Shown piece after piece: positions 1-7,512 of a DNA stretch of 17,036 nucleotides. This DNA is from Archangium sp. (GTDB lineage Bacteria; Myxococcota; Myxococcia; Myxococcales; Myxococcaceae), in assembly GCA_031367385.1 (NCBI GenBank), contig JANLPS010000175.1:1-17036 (forward strand), given 5' to 3'. How positions within the stretch are numbered: position 1 is the stretch's first letter; each line of letters opens with the position of its first letter. Position numbers and translations under genes: made by a program. The notes beneath the pieces were generated by a model. That model searched no databases. It was not told the DNA's origin and was given only the letters and a program-made list of their open reading frames with translations.

Positions 1-777
1 AACTCGATCGACGCCGTCGCCGATCGCGACTTCGCCCTCGACTACCTCTACGCGACCTCCCGCTTCTTCGTGCACGCGAGCCGGCTGTCGACCGACCTCA
101 TCGACTTCACCACCAGCGAGTTCGGCTTCGCGTCGCTCTCGGGTGACATCTCGATGGGCTCGTCGATGATGCCGCAGAAAAAGAACCCCGACCTCTTCGA
201 GCTGATACGCGGCAAGAGCGGGCGAGCCATCGGCAACTTGATGGGGCTGCTCACCACGGTCAAAGGGTTGCCGGGCGGGTACAACCGAGATCTGCAAGAA
301 GATCGCGGGCCGTTGCTCGAGACCGCTCCGATGTTGCACGGGTCGCTCGATATTTTGCGCCTCGCGCTGCCGAGGGTGACCTTCAACGCGGCCAAGTGCA
401 GGGCGGGGCTCGACGAGGGCTTCACCCAGGCTACCGATCTCGCCGAGGCCCTGGTGAAAAAAGGCATGCCCTTTCGCAGCGCCTACCAGGTGGTCGGCTC
501 GCTGGTTCGACGGTGCCAAGAGCAGGGCATCGCGATGAGCCAGGTGCCCCTCGAGCTGGCGCAATCGGTCGACCCTTCACTCGACGCCAAGACGCTCGAG
601 GTGCTCGAGCCGGTTGGCGCGATTGGCCGCAAGCGCAGCGAGGGCAGCACCGGGCCCGAGTCAGTCGCTCGCCAGCTCACCGCGCTGACCGACCAGACGC
701 GCCAATTCTCGGAGCGCGCCACCCGCACTCCCCGGTTGAGCCAGCTGTTCACCCGCTTGAAAGAGGCCTCCCTGTGA
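1..777 (+). CDS. argH: Argininosuccinate lyase, 5'-truncated by window edge
   Basis: Frame 1 is open from base 1 (NSIDAVADRDFALDYL...). Contains the fumarate-lyase signature GSSMMPQKKNPDLFELIRGK, then KGLPGGYNRDLQED and ATDLAEALVKKGMPFRSAY. Stop TGA at 775-777. Confidence 0.96.
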   Translation, partial: NSIDAVADRDFALDYLYATSRFFVHASRLSTDLIDFTTSEFGFASLSGDISMGSSMMPQKKNPDLFELIRGKSGRAIGNLMGLLTTVKGLPGGYNRDLQEDRGPLLETAPMLHGSLDILRLALPRVTFNAAKCRAGLDEGFTQATDLAEALVKKGMPFRSAYQVVGSLVRRCQEQGIAMSQVPLELAQSVDPSLDAKTLEVLEPVGAIGRKRSEGSTGPESVARQLTALTDQTRQFSERATRTPRLSQLFTRLKEASL

Positions 778-1682
778 AACGCGACTTCCTGAAAATTCGT
801 GACCTCACCAGCGACGAGCACAAGGCGTTGTTTCACCGGGCCCGTACGCTCAAAGAGGCACGCCAGCAGCGTCGCATCGTCACGACCATGGCGGGTAAAA
901 CGCTGGTGATGATCTTCGAGAAGGCGTCGACCCGAACGAGGCTGTCATTCGAAGCGGCGATGACGCAGCTGGGGGGCTCGTGCATCGACCTCTCGGCGGC
1001 GAACAGCCAGATGGCGCGCGGAGAGCCGCTCGCAGATACCGCGCGGGTCACCGGCAGCTACTGCGACGTGGTGATGATGCGCACCTTCGGCGATGAGCGG
1101 CTCGAGGAGTTCGCCAAGCACTGCGCGGTGCCGGTGATCAACGGCCTGACCGACGGCGGGCACCCGGTGCAGATTCTCACCGACCTGTTCACCATCGAAG
1201 AGAAGCTGGGCTCGGTGCAGGGCAAGACTTTGGCGTTCGTGGGCGATACGGCGAGCAACATGGGCCGCTCGTTCGTCGAAGCGGCGGCAGTGTTTGGTTT
1301 TCAGCTGCGACTGGGGTCACCGAAGGGGTACCACCCGTCGGCCGAAGTCTTGGCTTGGGCGCCGAACAACGTGCAATGCACCAGCGATGTTCGCGAGGCA
1401 GTGCGAGGCGCTGACGTGGTGATCACCGATGTGTGGGCCTCGATGGGCCAGGAGGCCGAATCAGCGAAGCGATTGGCCGATCTGGGCAAATACCAGGTCG
1501 ACGCGGCCCTGATGAAGCTCGCCTCGCCCAGCGCGAAGTTCTTGCATTGCCTGCCCGCGCATCGCGGTGAAGAGGTCAGCGCCGAGGTCATCGACGGGCC
1601 GCAAAGCGCCGTCTGGGACGAAGCGGAGAATCGAATGCATGTTCAAAAGGCGTTGCTCGAGACGCTCGTTCAGGCCGTGTGA
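774..1682 (+). CDS. argF: Ornithine carbamoyltransferase
   Basis: GTG start overlaps the argH stop (GTGA 774-777), reading VKRDFLKI. Motifs FEKASTRTRLSFE (carbamoyl-phosphate binding), HPVQ, DVWASMG, FLHCLP, DEAENRMH. The ORF-track extension back to 396 overlaps argH and is rejected. Confidence 0.95.
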   Translation: MKRDFLKIRDLTSDEHKALFHRARTLKEARQQRRIVTTMAGKTLVMIFEKASTRTRLSFEAAMTQLGGSCIDLSAANSQMARGEPLADTARVTGSYCDVVMMRTFGDERLEEFAKHCAVPVINGLTDGGHPVQILTDLFTIEEKLGSVQGKTLAFVGDTASNMGRSFVEAAAVFGFQLRLGSPKGYHPSAEVLAWAPNNVQCTSDVREAVRGADVVITDVWASMGQEAESAKRLADLGKYQVDAALMKLASPSAKFLHCLPAHRGEEVSAEVIDGPQSAVWDEAENRMHVQKALLETLVQAV

Positions 1683-2755
1683 GCGCACAAGCGATGCTCT
1701 CGACCCGGCTGGCGAAGACCTGGGGGCGCCACCCGGTCATGGCGATCGTGCGCCAGCGTCGGCAGGTCGCGTTCTACCGGCAATTTCATGCGCTGATCAG
1801 CGCCGGTCTGGGCATGCCCTTGGTGTTCGCCGAGCTCTCGAAGTACGCGCCCGACCCGGCGCTCGAGCGGGGCCTCAAGGTGGTCGCGCAAGACATTCGA
1901 AACGGCAGCACCCTCTCGCAGGCGATGAACAAGCACTCGGCGCTGTTCGACGACGCCAACGTCGAGTTGATCGCCTTCGCCGAAGAGGCGGGCACGCTCG
2001 ACCGGGTGCTGAAACAGATGATCGAGCACCTCGAAGAGCTGGGCCGAATGCGGTGGCGCGCGGTGTTCATGTCGCTGTGGCCGATGTATCTGGCGGGTGC
2101 GTTCATCTTCGTGGGGCCACTGCTGAGCGTGTCGCGAAGCATGACCAGCACATCGAGCATCGGTGCGATCTACCTCTCTGGGTTGATTCGAAACCTGCTG
2201 ATCACCGGGGGAGCGCTCGCGGCCATCTTCTCGGTGCCGTTTCTGATCACCCTGCTCAACGGCGAGCTGGCGTGGGATCAATTCAAGCGCCGAGCTCCGA
2301 TCGTGGCTCCGGCGGTGCGCGATTTGTACGCGTCGAAGATGATGCTCGGGTTGGGCCTCGGCGTCGGGGCTGGCCTCGAAGTGATGCGCACCTTGAAGGT
2401 GGCGATTCTGGCGACGAACAGCCCTTCGCTGATCGCCCAGCTGCCGCGGGCCGAGGCCGTGATTCGCAATGGCGGCACCCTGACCGAGGCGATCGACTCG
2501 TTCGGCCTGCTCGACCGAGTCTCGCTCGGCAGCCTCTCGGTCGCCGAGCGAACTGGTACCGTGAGCGAGACCCTGGCGAAGCTGAGCCAAGACCTGCAGC
2601 AGTCGGCGATGCGGGCGATGCGCGTGCTGATCATCGTCGTGTTGGTGGTGGTCGCAGCAGTGCTGTTGGTGGGTATCGTCTCGAGCTTGATCGGTACGAT
2701 CATGGGGCCGGTCAAAACGCTTTATGACGCAGCAGGGAGCGGCAACCTGGGGTGA
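1679..2755 (+). CDS. Type II secretion system F / PilC-family inner-membrane platform protein
   Basis: Two T2SSF-like repeats (FYRQFHALISAGL...IRNGSTLSQAM...AEEAGTLDRVL and IRNGGTLTEAI...AERTGTVSETL), with hydrophobic segments between and after them. GTGA overlap with the argF stop; alternative ATG at 1694. Confidence 0.88.
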   Translation: MSAQAMLSTRLAKTWGRHPVMAIVRQRRQVAFYRQFHALISAGLGMPLVFAELSKYAPDPALERGLKVVAQDIRNGSTLSQAMNKHSALFDDANVELIAFAEEAGTLDRVLKQMIEHLEELGRMRWRAVFMSLWPMYLAGAFIFVGPLLSVSRSMTSTSSIGAIYLSGLIRNLLITGGALAAIFSVPFLITLLNGELAWDQFKRRAPIVAPAVRDLYASKMMLGLGLGVGAGLEVMRTLKVAILATNSPSLIAQLPRAEAVIRNGGTLTEAIDSFGLLDRVSLGSLSVAERTGTVSETLAKLSQDLQQSAMRAMRVLIIVVLVVVAAVLLVGIVSSLIGTIMGPVKTLYDAAGSGNLG

Positions 2756-2780
2756 GCCCCCGGCCTGCGCGCAACTGGGC

Positions 2781-2786
2781 TACGGT
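2781..2786 (+). promoter_or_regulatory. Putative -10 element (TACGGT) 6 nt before the xdhC start; leaderless-type promoter
   Basis: TAnnnT hexamer, then cgcgcg, then GTG; no Shine-Dalgarno sequence visible. Confidence 0.5.
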
Positions 2787-2792
2787 CGCGCG

Positions 2793-3566
2793 GTGTCGTT
2801 GTTCGCCGACATCGTGAAGCTCGCCGAGACCGGTCGCCCCTTCGTGCTCGCGACGGTGGTGGCCTCCCACGGCAGCACGCCGCAAAAGCCGGGCTCGAAG
2901 ATGGTCGTGCTCGTGGGCGGCTCGGTGCTGGGCACGATTGGCGGAGGCGCCATCGAGCAGCAGGTCGTCGCCGCCTCCGAGGCGCTGTTGGCCGACCCGA
3001 GCCGGCACACCCAGATGCTCGAAACCCATCTCACCCACGACCTGGGCATGTGCTGTGGAGGCTCGATGACCGTTTTTCTCGAGAAGCACGAGAGCGCCGC
3101 GAAGCTGTGGGTCTTCGGCGCGGGCCACGTGGCGAAGGAGCTCGCCCAGCTCGCGCATTACGTCGGGTTTCAGGTGACCGTGGTCGACGAGCGCGAAGTG
3201 CTGCTCACTGCTGAACGGTTTCCTTCCGCGGACAGGACGCTGGCGTACCCGGCAGACATCGCTAAAGAGCTCGCGGGAGGCCCCGACTGCTATTTTTGCG
3301 TCACCACGCATGATCACCCGCTCGACCAGGCGTGCATCGAGGCCCTGTTGCCGAAGCCGGCCGCGTATCTCGGTGTCATCGGCAGCCAGCGAAAGGCCGC
3401 GCGCTTTCGCCAACGACTCCAGGCCGCCGGGTTTTCAGACACCGAGGTGACTCGCTTCGAGTCACCGATGGGGGTCGACATCGCGGCCCAGACGCCCCAG
3501 GAGATCGCCGTGTCGATCATCGGTCGGTTGATCTCGGTGCGGCGTGCCTCGCTTGAGGCGAAATAG
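2793..3566 (+). CDS. xdhC: XdhC/CoxI-family molybdenum cofactor chaperone (xanthine dehydrogenase accessory protein)
   Basis: ATVVASHGSTPQKPGSKM, GTIGGGAIE, LGMCCGG, VFGAGHVA, TTHDHPLD, YLGVIGS, PQEIAVSI. GTG 2793 chosen as start because it avoids overlap with the upstream gene and has a -10-like box just before it. Confidence 0.92.
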   Translation: MSLFADIVKLAETGRPFVLATVVASHGSTPQKPGSKMVVLVGGSVLGTIGGGAIEQQVVAASEALLADPSRHTQMLETHLTHDLGMCCGGSMTVFLEKHESAAKLWVFGAGHVAKELAQLAHYVGFQVTVVDEREVLLTAERFPSADRTLAYPADIAKELAGGPDCYFCVTTHDHPLDQACIEALLPKPAAYLGVIGSQRKAARFRQRLQAAGFSDTEVTRFESPMGVDIAAQTPQEIAVSIIGRLISVRRASLEAK

Positions 3567-3666
3567 CCCGTTTCCAAGCTGGCAACGCTCGTGTCGTGCC
3601 GGGGGCTGCACCGCGTCACGCTTTCAGAGTACGGGCCCTTCGTCGCTCATCGACCAAGGACACGCC

Positions 3667-5475
3667 ATGTTGTTTCACTTCTCTGCTCGGGCCTCACTCT
3701 GTGTCGTTGGTCTCACGGTCTTCACTGCGTGCTCGGGAGTGATGGACGGCGCGCCAACAGCGGTCGCGACCCGGGGCGATGCGGTGGCTGGCGAAGCCGC
3801 CGTTGCGAAGCGCGGCTGTGCCCGGTGTCACACCTCGTCGGCTGGCACCCTGGCGGGCGCGGTGGGCGGCAAGGGCTTCGCGGCCAACCTGACGCCAGAC
3901 GAAGACACAGGCCTGGGAGGGTGGAAGGACGAAGACATCGTCAGCGCGATTCGCGACGGGGTCGACGATGAGCAGAACACCCTCTGCTCGGCCATGCCGA
4001 GGGCGCTCGATCTGAGCGATGCTGAAGCCGCCAACATCGTGGCGTACCTGCGCAGCGTGAAGGCCGTGAGCAACAAGGTGACAGCGAAAGACTGCAAAGT
4101 GTCACCCGACGACGCAGCCCACCACGGCAAGCTGGTGGTCGAGGCGCAGCACTGCACCGCCTGTCACGGCAAGAATCTCGCTGGCGCCGACGCCTCGAGC
4201 GGAGGCACCGTGTTCGCCGCGAACATCACCAGTGACGTCGATACCGGCATTGGCTCGTGGTCGGCCGCGCAGCTCGTCGCCGCAATCACCACGGGCGTCG
4301 ACGACAAAGACGGCACGCTGTGCTCGCAGATGCCCCGCTTCGCGAACTTCACTCGAGACGAGGCCGAGGGCGTTGCGGCGTACCTCGCGACGGTGGCCCC
4401 GGTGAAACATGAAGTGCCCTCGAGCACCTGCACCAGCGAACAACCCGACCCGCTCAATGAGGGCAAGACGTACGTCGCCAATCGACACTGCACCGACTGT
4501 CACACCGCGAACCTGGGCGGCGCGCCCACGTGCAAAGACGGAGAGCCCGCGAACCTGACCAGCACTGGCCTGGGCGAGTGGTCTGATCAACAGATCATCA
4601 CCGCCTTTCGCACTGGGGTCGACGACGAAGGGGCCATGCTCAGCAGCGACATGCCGAGGTTCAGCACCATGGGCGACGACGAAGCGAAGGCGATCGTCGC
4701 CTACTTGCGGAGCCTGCCAGCCGTCATTCGCCCGGGCTGCGAAGCCGACCAAACGACTGACGCGGGCTCGCCCGAGCCCGAAGACGCTGGGCCTCCCGCG
4801 GTTGACGCCGGCACGGTCGTGGTCGACGCCGGCACGTCGGTGGTCGACGCAGGGTCGGCAGTCGTTGACGCCGGCATGACGGGCGGCGGGTGCGCCGGGA
4901 GCCCGGTGGTGATTAGCCAGATCTACGGTGGCGGCGGCAACATCGGCGCGCTCTACAACGCAGACTATGTCGAGCTCCACAATCGGTCGGCAACTTCGGT
5001 CGAGGTGGGCGGTTGGTCTATTCAATACGCCAGCGCCGGGGGCACCAGTTGGAAGAGCCAACTCGCGACCATTCCTCCTTCCACTCGCATCGGGGCGGGC
5101 GCGTATTTGCTGCTGGCGATTGGGCCGGTCGGCGCCAACGGCATCTCGCTGCCATCAACGGCGGTCAAGCTCTCGAAGCTGGTCGACATGAGCGCGACCA
5201 ATGGCAAAGTGGCGTTGACCCGAGGCGCAGTGGCGCTCTCCGGCGACTGCCCACTGGGGGGCGCGGTCGTCGACTTCGTGGGCTACGGCACCGCGAGCTG
5301 CGCTGAAGGCGGCTCAGCGGCGTCACCGCTGTCGTCGACCCTGGCGGCCGAGCGGCACTTCGAGAGCGGGCCCGAGATGGCGTGCGCCGACTCCGACACC
5401 AACGCGAGCGACTTCTCGAAAGTCGCGCCGCGGCCCCATGGCTCGGCGAGCAACGTGTGCAGCTGCCCGAAGTAA
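3667..5475 (+). CDS. Putative lipoprotein: three tandem c-type cytochrome domains + DAG-repeat linker + lamin-tail (LTD) domain
   Basis: AAGGA at 3656-3660 precedes ATG 3667. Hydrophobic N-terminus ends in the lipobox-like FTA-C. CxxCH motifs at 3817 (CARCH), 4153 (CTACH) and 4489 (CTDCH), each followed by AN(L/I)T...TG(L/I)GxW...GVDD...MP. C-terminal VVISQIYGGGGN...DYVELHN...GWSIQYASA...VDFVGYG is typical of LTD domains. Confidence 0.88.
   Translation: MLFHFSARASLCVVGLTVFTACSGVMDGAPTAVATRGDAVAGEAAVAKRGCARCHTSSAGTLAGAVGGKGFAANLTPDEDTGLGGWKDEDIVSAIRDGVDDEQNTLCSAMPRALDLSDAEAANIVAYLRSVKAVSNKVTAKDCKVSPDDAAHHGKLVVEAQHCTACHGKNLAGADASSGGTVFAANITSDVDTGIGSWSAAQLVAAITTGVDDKDGTLCSQMPRFANFTRDEAEGVAAYLATVAPVKHEVPSSTCTSEQPDPLNEGKTYVANRHCTDCHTANLGGAPTCKDGEPANLTSTGLGEWSDQQIITAFRTGVDDEGAMLSSDMPRFSTMGDDEAKAIVAYLRSLPAVIRPGCEADQTTDAGSPEPEDAGPPAVDAGTVVVDAGTSVVDAGSAVVDAGMTGGGCAGSPVVISQIYGGGGNIGALYNADYVELHNRSATSVEVGGWSIQYASAGGTSWKSQLATIPPSTRIGAGAYLLLAIGPVGANGISLPSTAVKLSKLVDMSATNGKVALTRGAVALSGDCPLGGAVVDFVGYGTASCAEGGSAASPLSSTLAAERHFESGPEMACADSDTNASDFSKVAPRPHGSASNVCSCPK
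4759..4875 (+). repeat. Intragenic DAG-repeat linker (six DAG units; 21-nt period over 4801-4875)
   Basis: TDAGSPEPEDAGPPAVDAGTVVVDAGTSVVDAGSAVVDAG. DNA units gttgacgccggcacggtcgtg / gtcgacgccggcacgtcggtg / gtcgacgcagggtcggcagtc / gttgacgccggc. Confidence 0.85.
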
Positions 5476-5481
5476 AACGCC

Positions 5482-6531
5482 TCAGCGCGCTTCGTCGGCG
5501 AAGACCACTCCGCCGCGTTGCGAGGCCTCGAGGGTGCCGCAGGCCGCGCCGATCTCTTTGCCGCCCGAGTACCGACGAGCGATCGGCGCCCCGACGATCT
5601 GCAGGTGATCTCGAAAAGTCTTGAGCTCTTCTGCCGTGGGGGGCTGGTACTTGCCAGTCGGGTCGGTCACGTCGATGAGGTCAATGGTGATGGGGATGCC
5701 CGCGAACGCATCACGCAGGGCCTCGGCGTCTTCGAGCCCGACGTTGAAGCCGCTGATCATCACATAGGCGATCATCGCGCGCGTCTTGCGCTGCACGGTG
5801 TATTCGCGAATCTGCTCGATCAACGTCGGCAGCGGGTGGGTCTTCTCGACCGGCAGCACCTCGAGGCGCTTGCGGGCAATGGCCGAGGTGACCGAGAACG
5901 CGAGGCGGTAGGGCAGCGCTTCGGCGAGGTAGCGCTTGATGCCCGGCACCCAACCCGCGGTCGAAAAGGTGATGCTCTTCGAGCCGATGGCGCACCCTGC
6001 GGGGTGGCAGAAGATGCGCGCAGCGCGGGCGGTGTTGGTGAGGTTGAGCAACGGCTCGCCCATGCCCATGAAGACCACGCCCCGCACGGGCTTCTCGGCT
6101 TCGTCTCGAATCTGCAGCACCTGATCAATGATCTCCCAGGTCTCGAGGTTGCGCTGAAAGCCCATCTTGCCGGTCATGCAGAAATCGCACGCCAAGGCGC
6201 AGCCCACCTGCGACGAGATGCACACGATGAACTTGGTATCGAAGATGGGTATGCGAACCGCTTCGAAGCGCCCGCCGAGCGGAGACGAAAACAGGTACTT
6301 CACGAACCCATCGTCTGCGCGACGCCGCTCGACCACCGAGAGGCGCGGCAGCGAGGCGCTGGCTTGAACCACGTCTCGGGTGATCGCCGTCACCTGCTTG
6401 GTCTTCGCCACGTCGGCCAGGTCACGGGCGCCGTGTTGAAACACCGACGCGAAGAGCTTCAACACCTCGGTGCGACTCGCGCTCGGGAGCGCGGCGGTCA
6501 GCTCGGCGAAGTCGAGGTTCTTGAGGTTCAT
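5482..6531 (-). CDS. RlmN/Cfr-family radical SAM RNA methyltransferase-like protein (divergent paralog)
   Basis: VCISSQVGCALACDFCMTG (CxxxCxxC plus the upstream catalytic Cys), VVFMGMGEPLLN and C-terminal EIGAACGTL (methyl-carrier Cys). Confidence 0.9.
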   Translation of the reverse strand: MNLKNLDFAELTAALPSASRTEVLKLFASVFQHGARDLADVAKTKQVTAITRDVVQASASLPRLSVVERRRADDGFVKYLFSSPLGGRFEAVRIPIFDTKFIVCISSQVGCALACDFCMTGKMGFQRNLETWEIIDQVLQIRDEAEKPVRGVVFMGMGEPLLNLTNTARAARIFCHPAGCAIGSKSITFSTAGWVPGIKRYLAEALPYRLAFSVTSAIARKRLEVLPVEKTHPLPTLIEQIREYTVQRKTRAMIAYVMISGFNVGLEDAEALRDAFAGIPITIDLIDVTDPTGKYQPPTAEELKTFRDHLQIVGAPIARRYSGGKEIGAACGTLEASQRGGVVFADEAR

Positions 6532-7313
6532 TGGGCGGCTTCGGCCGGCTCGGCCTGCTCTTCGTCTTCACCCTCAGGGCAGGCGCTCGTCATGCCGAGG
6601 GAGCAGGCCTGCTCGAGCAGCGTCTGCGCTTTTCGGCGGTCACGACGCATGCCCATGCCACGGCGAGTGAGGTTGGAGAGCTGAAAGCAACCAGCGGCGT
6701 ACCCATTGGTGCATGCCTGATCAAAGAGCTTTGCGGCGCGCTTCAAATCGACCGAGCCCGCCGTACCGTCGACCAGGGCGATGCCGAGCGAGGTGCATGA
6801 CATGTTCGCGCCCTGCTCACAGGCCTGGTCGAGCAGCTCGGCGCCCTTGGCCGCGTCTTTGGCCACCCCGACCCCTTCGAGGTGCATGTTGCCGAGGGTG
6901 CCACAGCCGTAGGCATCTTTGAGCTTGCAGGCCTTCTCGGCGATCAGCGCCGCGCGCGCGTAGGAGGCCGGTCCGTCATCCCACAGCCAGACGGCGAGGT
7001 TGGCGCAGCCCAGCGCGTCGTTGCCGGTACACGCCTGCTCAGCCAGCTTCACGGCGCGGTGGTGATCAGCCTTTGCACCTGACTCCTCGAGGCGAAAGGC
7101 GAGCTTCGAGCACGAGCGCAACAGGCCCTTCGCGCACGCCTGCTCGTACAACTTCAGCGCAGCGGGGCGCTCGTCTCCGATGATGAGGTCGGCCAGCGCC
7201 TGGCACTGCGGCACATTGCCTCCGGTGCAGGCCTCTCGGCACTCGGCCTCGTCGTCGCACACCGGGTCGTCGGGTTGGGCCTGGAGCACCAGCACCATCG
7301 CAATCAGCAGCAT
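6528..7313 (-). CDS. Secreted cysteine-rich SEL1-repeat (Hcp-like) protein
   Basis: Short hydrophobic N-terminus. Seven AC-x7-C units (ACTGGNVPQC, ACAKGLLRSC, ACTGNDALGC, ACKLKDAYGC, ACEQGANMSC, ACTNGYAAGC, ACSLGMTSAC) and the SEL1 motif LGNMHLEGVGVAKD. Its stop overlaps the RlmN-like start (ATGA). Confidence 0.88.
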   Translation of the reverse strand: MLLIAMVLVLQAQPDDPVCDDEAECREACTGGNVPQCQALADLIIGDERPAALKLYEQACAKGLLRSCSKLAFRLEESGAKADHHRAVKLAEQACTGNDALGCANLAVWLWDDGPASYARAALIAEKACKLKDAYGCGTLGNMHLEGVGVAKDAAKGAELLDQACEQGANMSCTSLGIALVDGTAGSVDLKRAAKLFDQACTNGYAAGCFQLSNLTRRGMGMRRDRRKAQTLLEQACSLGMTSACPEGEDEEQAEPAEAAQ

Positions 7314-7431
7314 GGAAGCCCCATACCGCGAACCACACGTGGGTGCGCGCCGTTACGAAAATCACGCAATTCTGGGCTGTTGCCTGCTGCTCAGAACACC
7401 CCAAGGCCCTCCCTTCGCTCGGAGACCATGA

Positions 7432-7494
7432 ACTTTGAAAGTGACCGACACGTCACTTTGGAAGTGATGTCTTTGTAACGCTAGCGTTACACAA
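7432..7494. promoter_or_regulatory. Tandem palindromes with phased GTNAC pentamers; putative protein-binding array
   Basis: actttgaaagtgac-cgacac-gtcactttggaagt (7432-7465, 12/14 arm match) and the perfect 18-bp palindrome tgtaacgctagcgttaca (7474-7491), in an AT-richer intergenic gap. Confidence 0.6.
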
Positions 7495-7512
7495 GTCGTG
7501 GGCCGCGCGACT

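Noticed and set aside
396..773. N-terminal extension of the argF ORF (428 aa in the track)
   Set aside because: It overlaps argH in another frame and has Arg/Pro-rich shadow composition; OTCase similarity starts at GTG 774.
3544..3666. N-terminal extension of the cytochrome-LTD ORF
   Set aside because: It overlaps the xdhC end; the SD and signal peptide point to ATG 3667.
4759..4875. Repeats considered as a CRISPR array or phase-variable tract (also 13778-13813)
   Set aside because: They are in-frame, degenerate coding repeats without unique spacers, and no cas genes are nearby.
5482..6531. Naming the gene cfr or rlmN outright
   Set aside because: The family is clear, but the motif deviations prevent assigning C2 versus C8 specificity without phylogeny.
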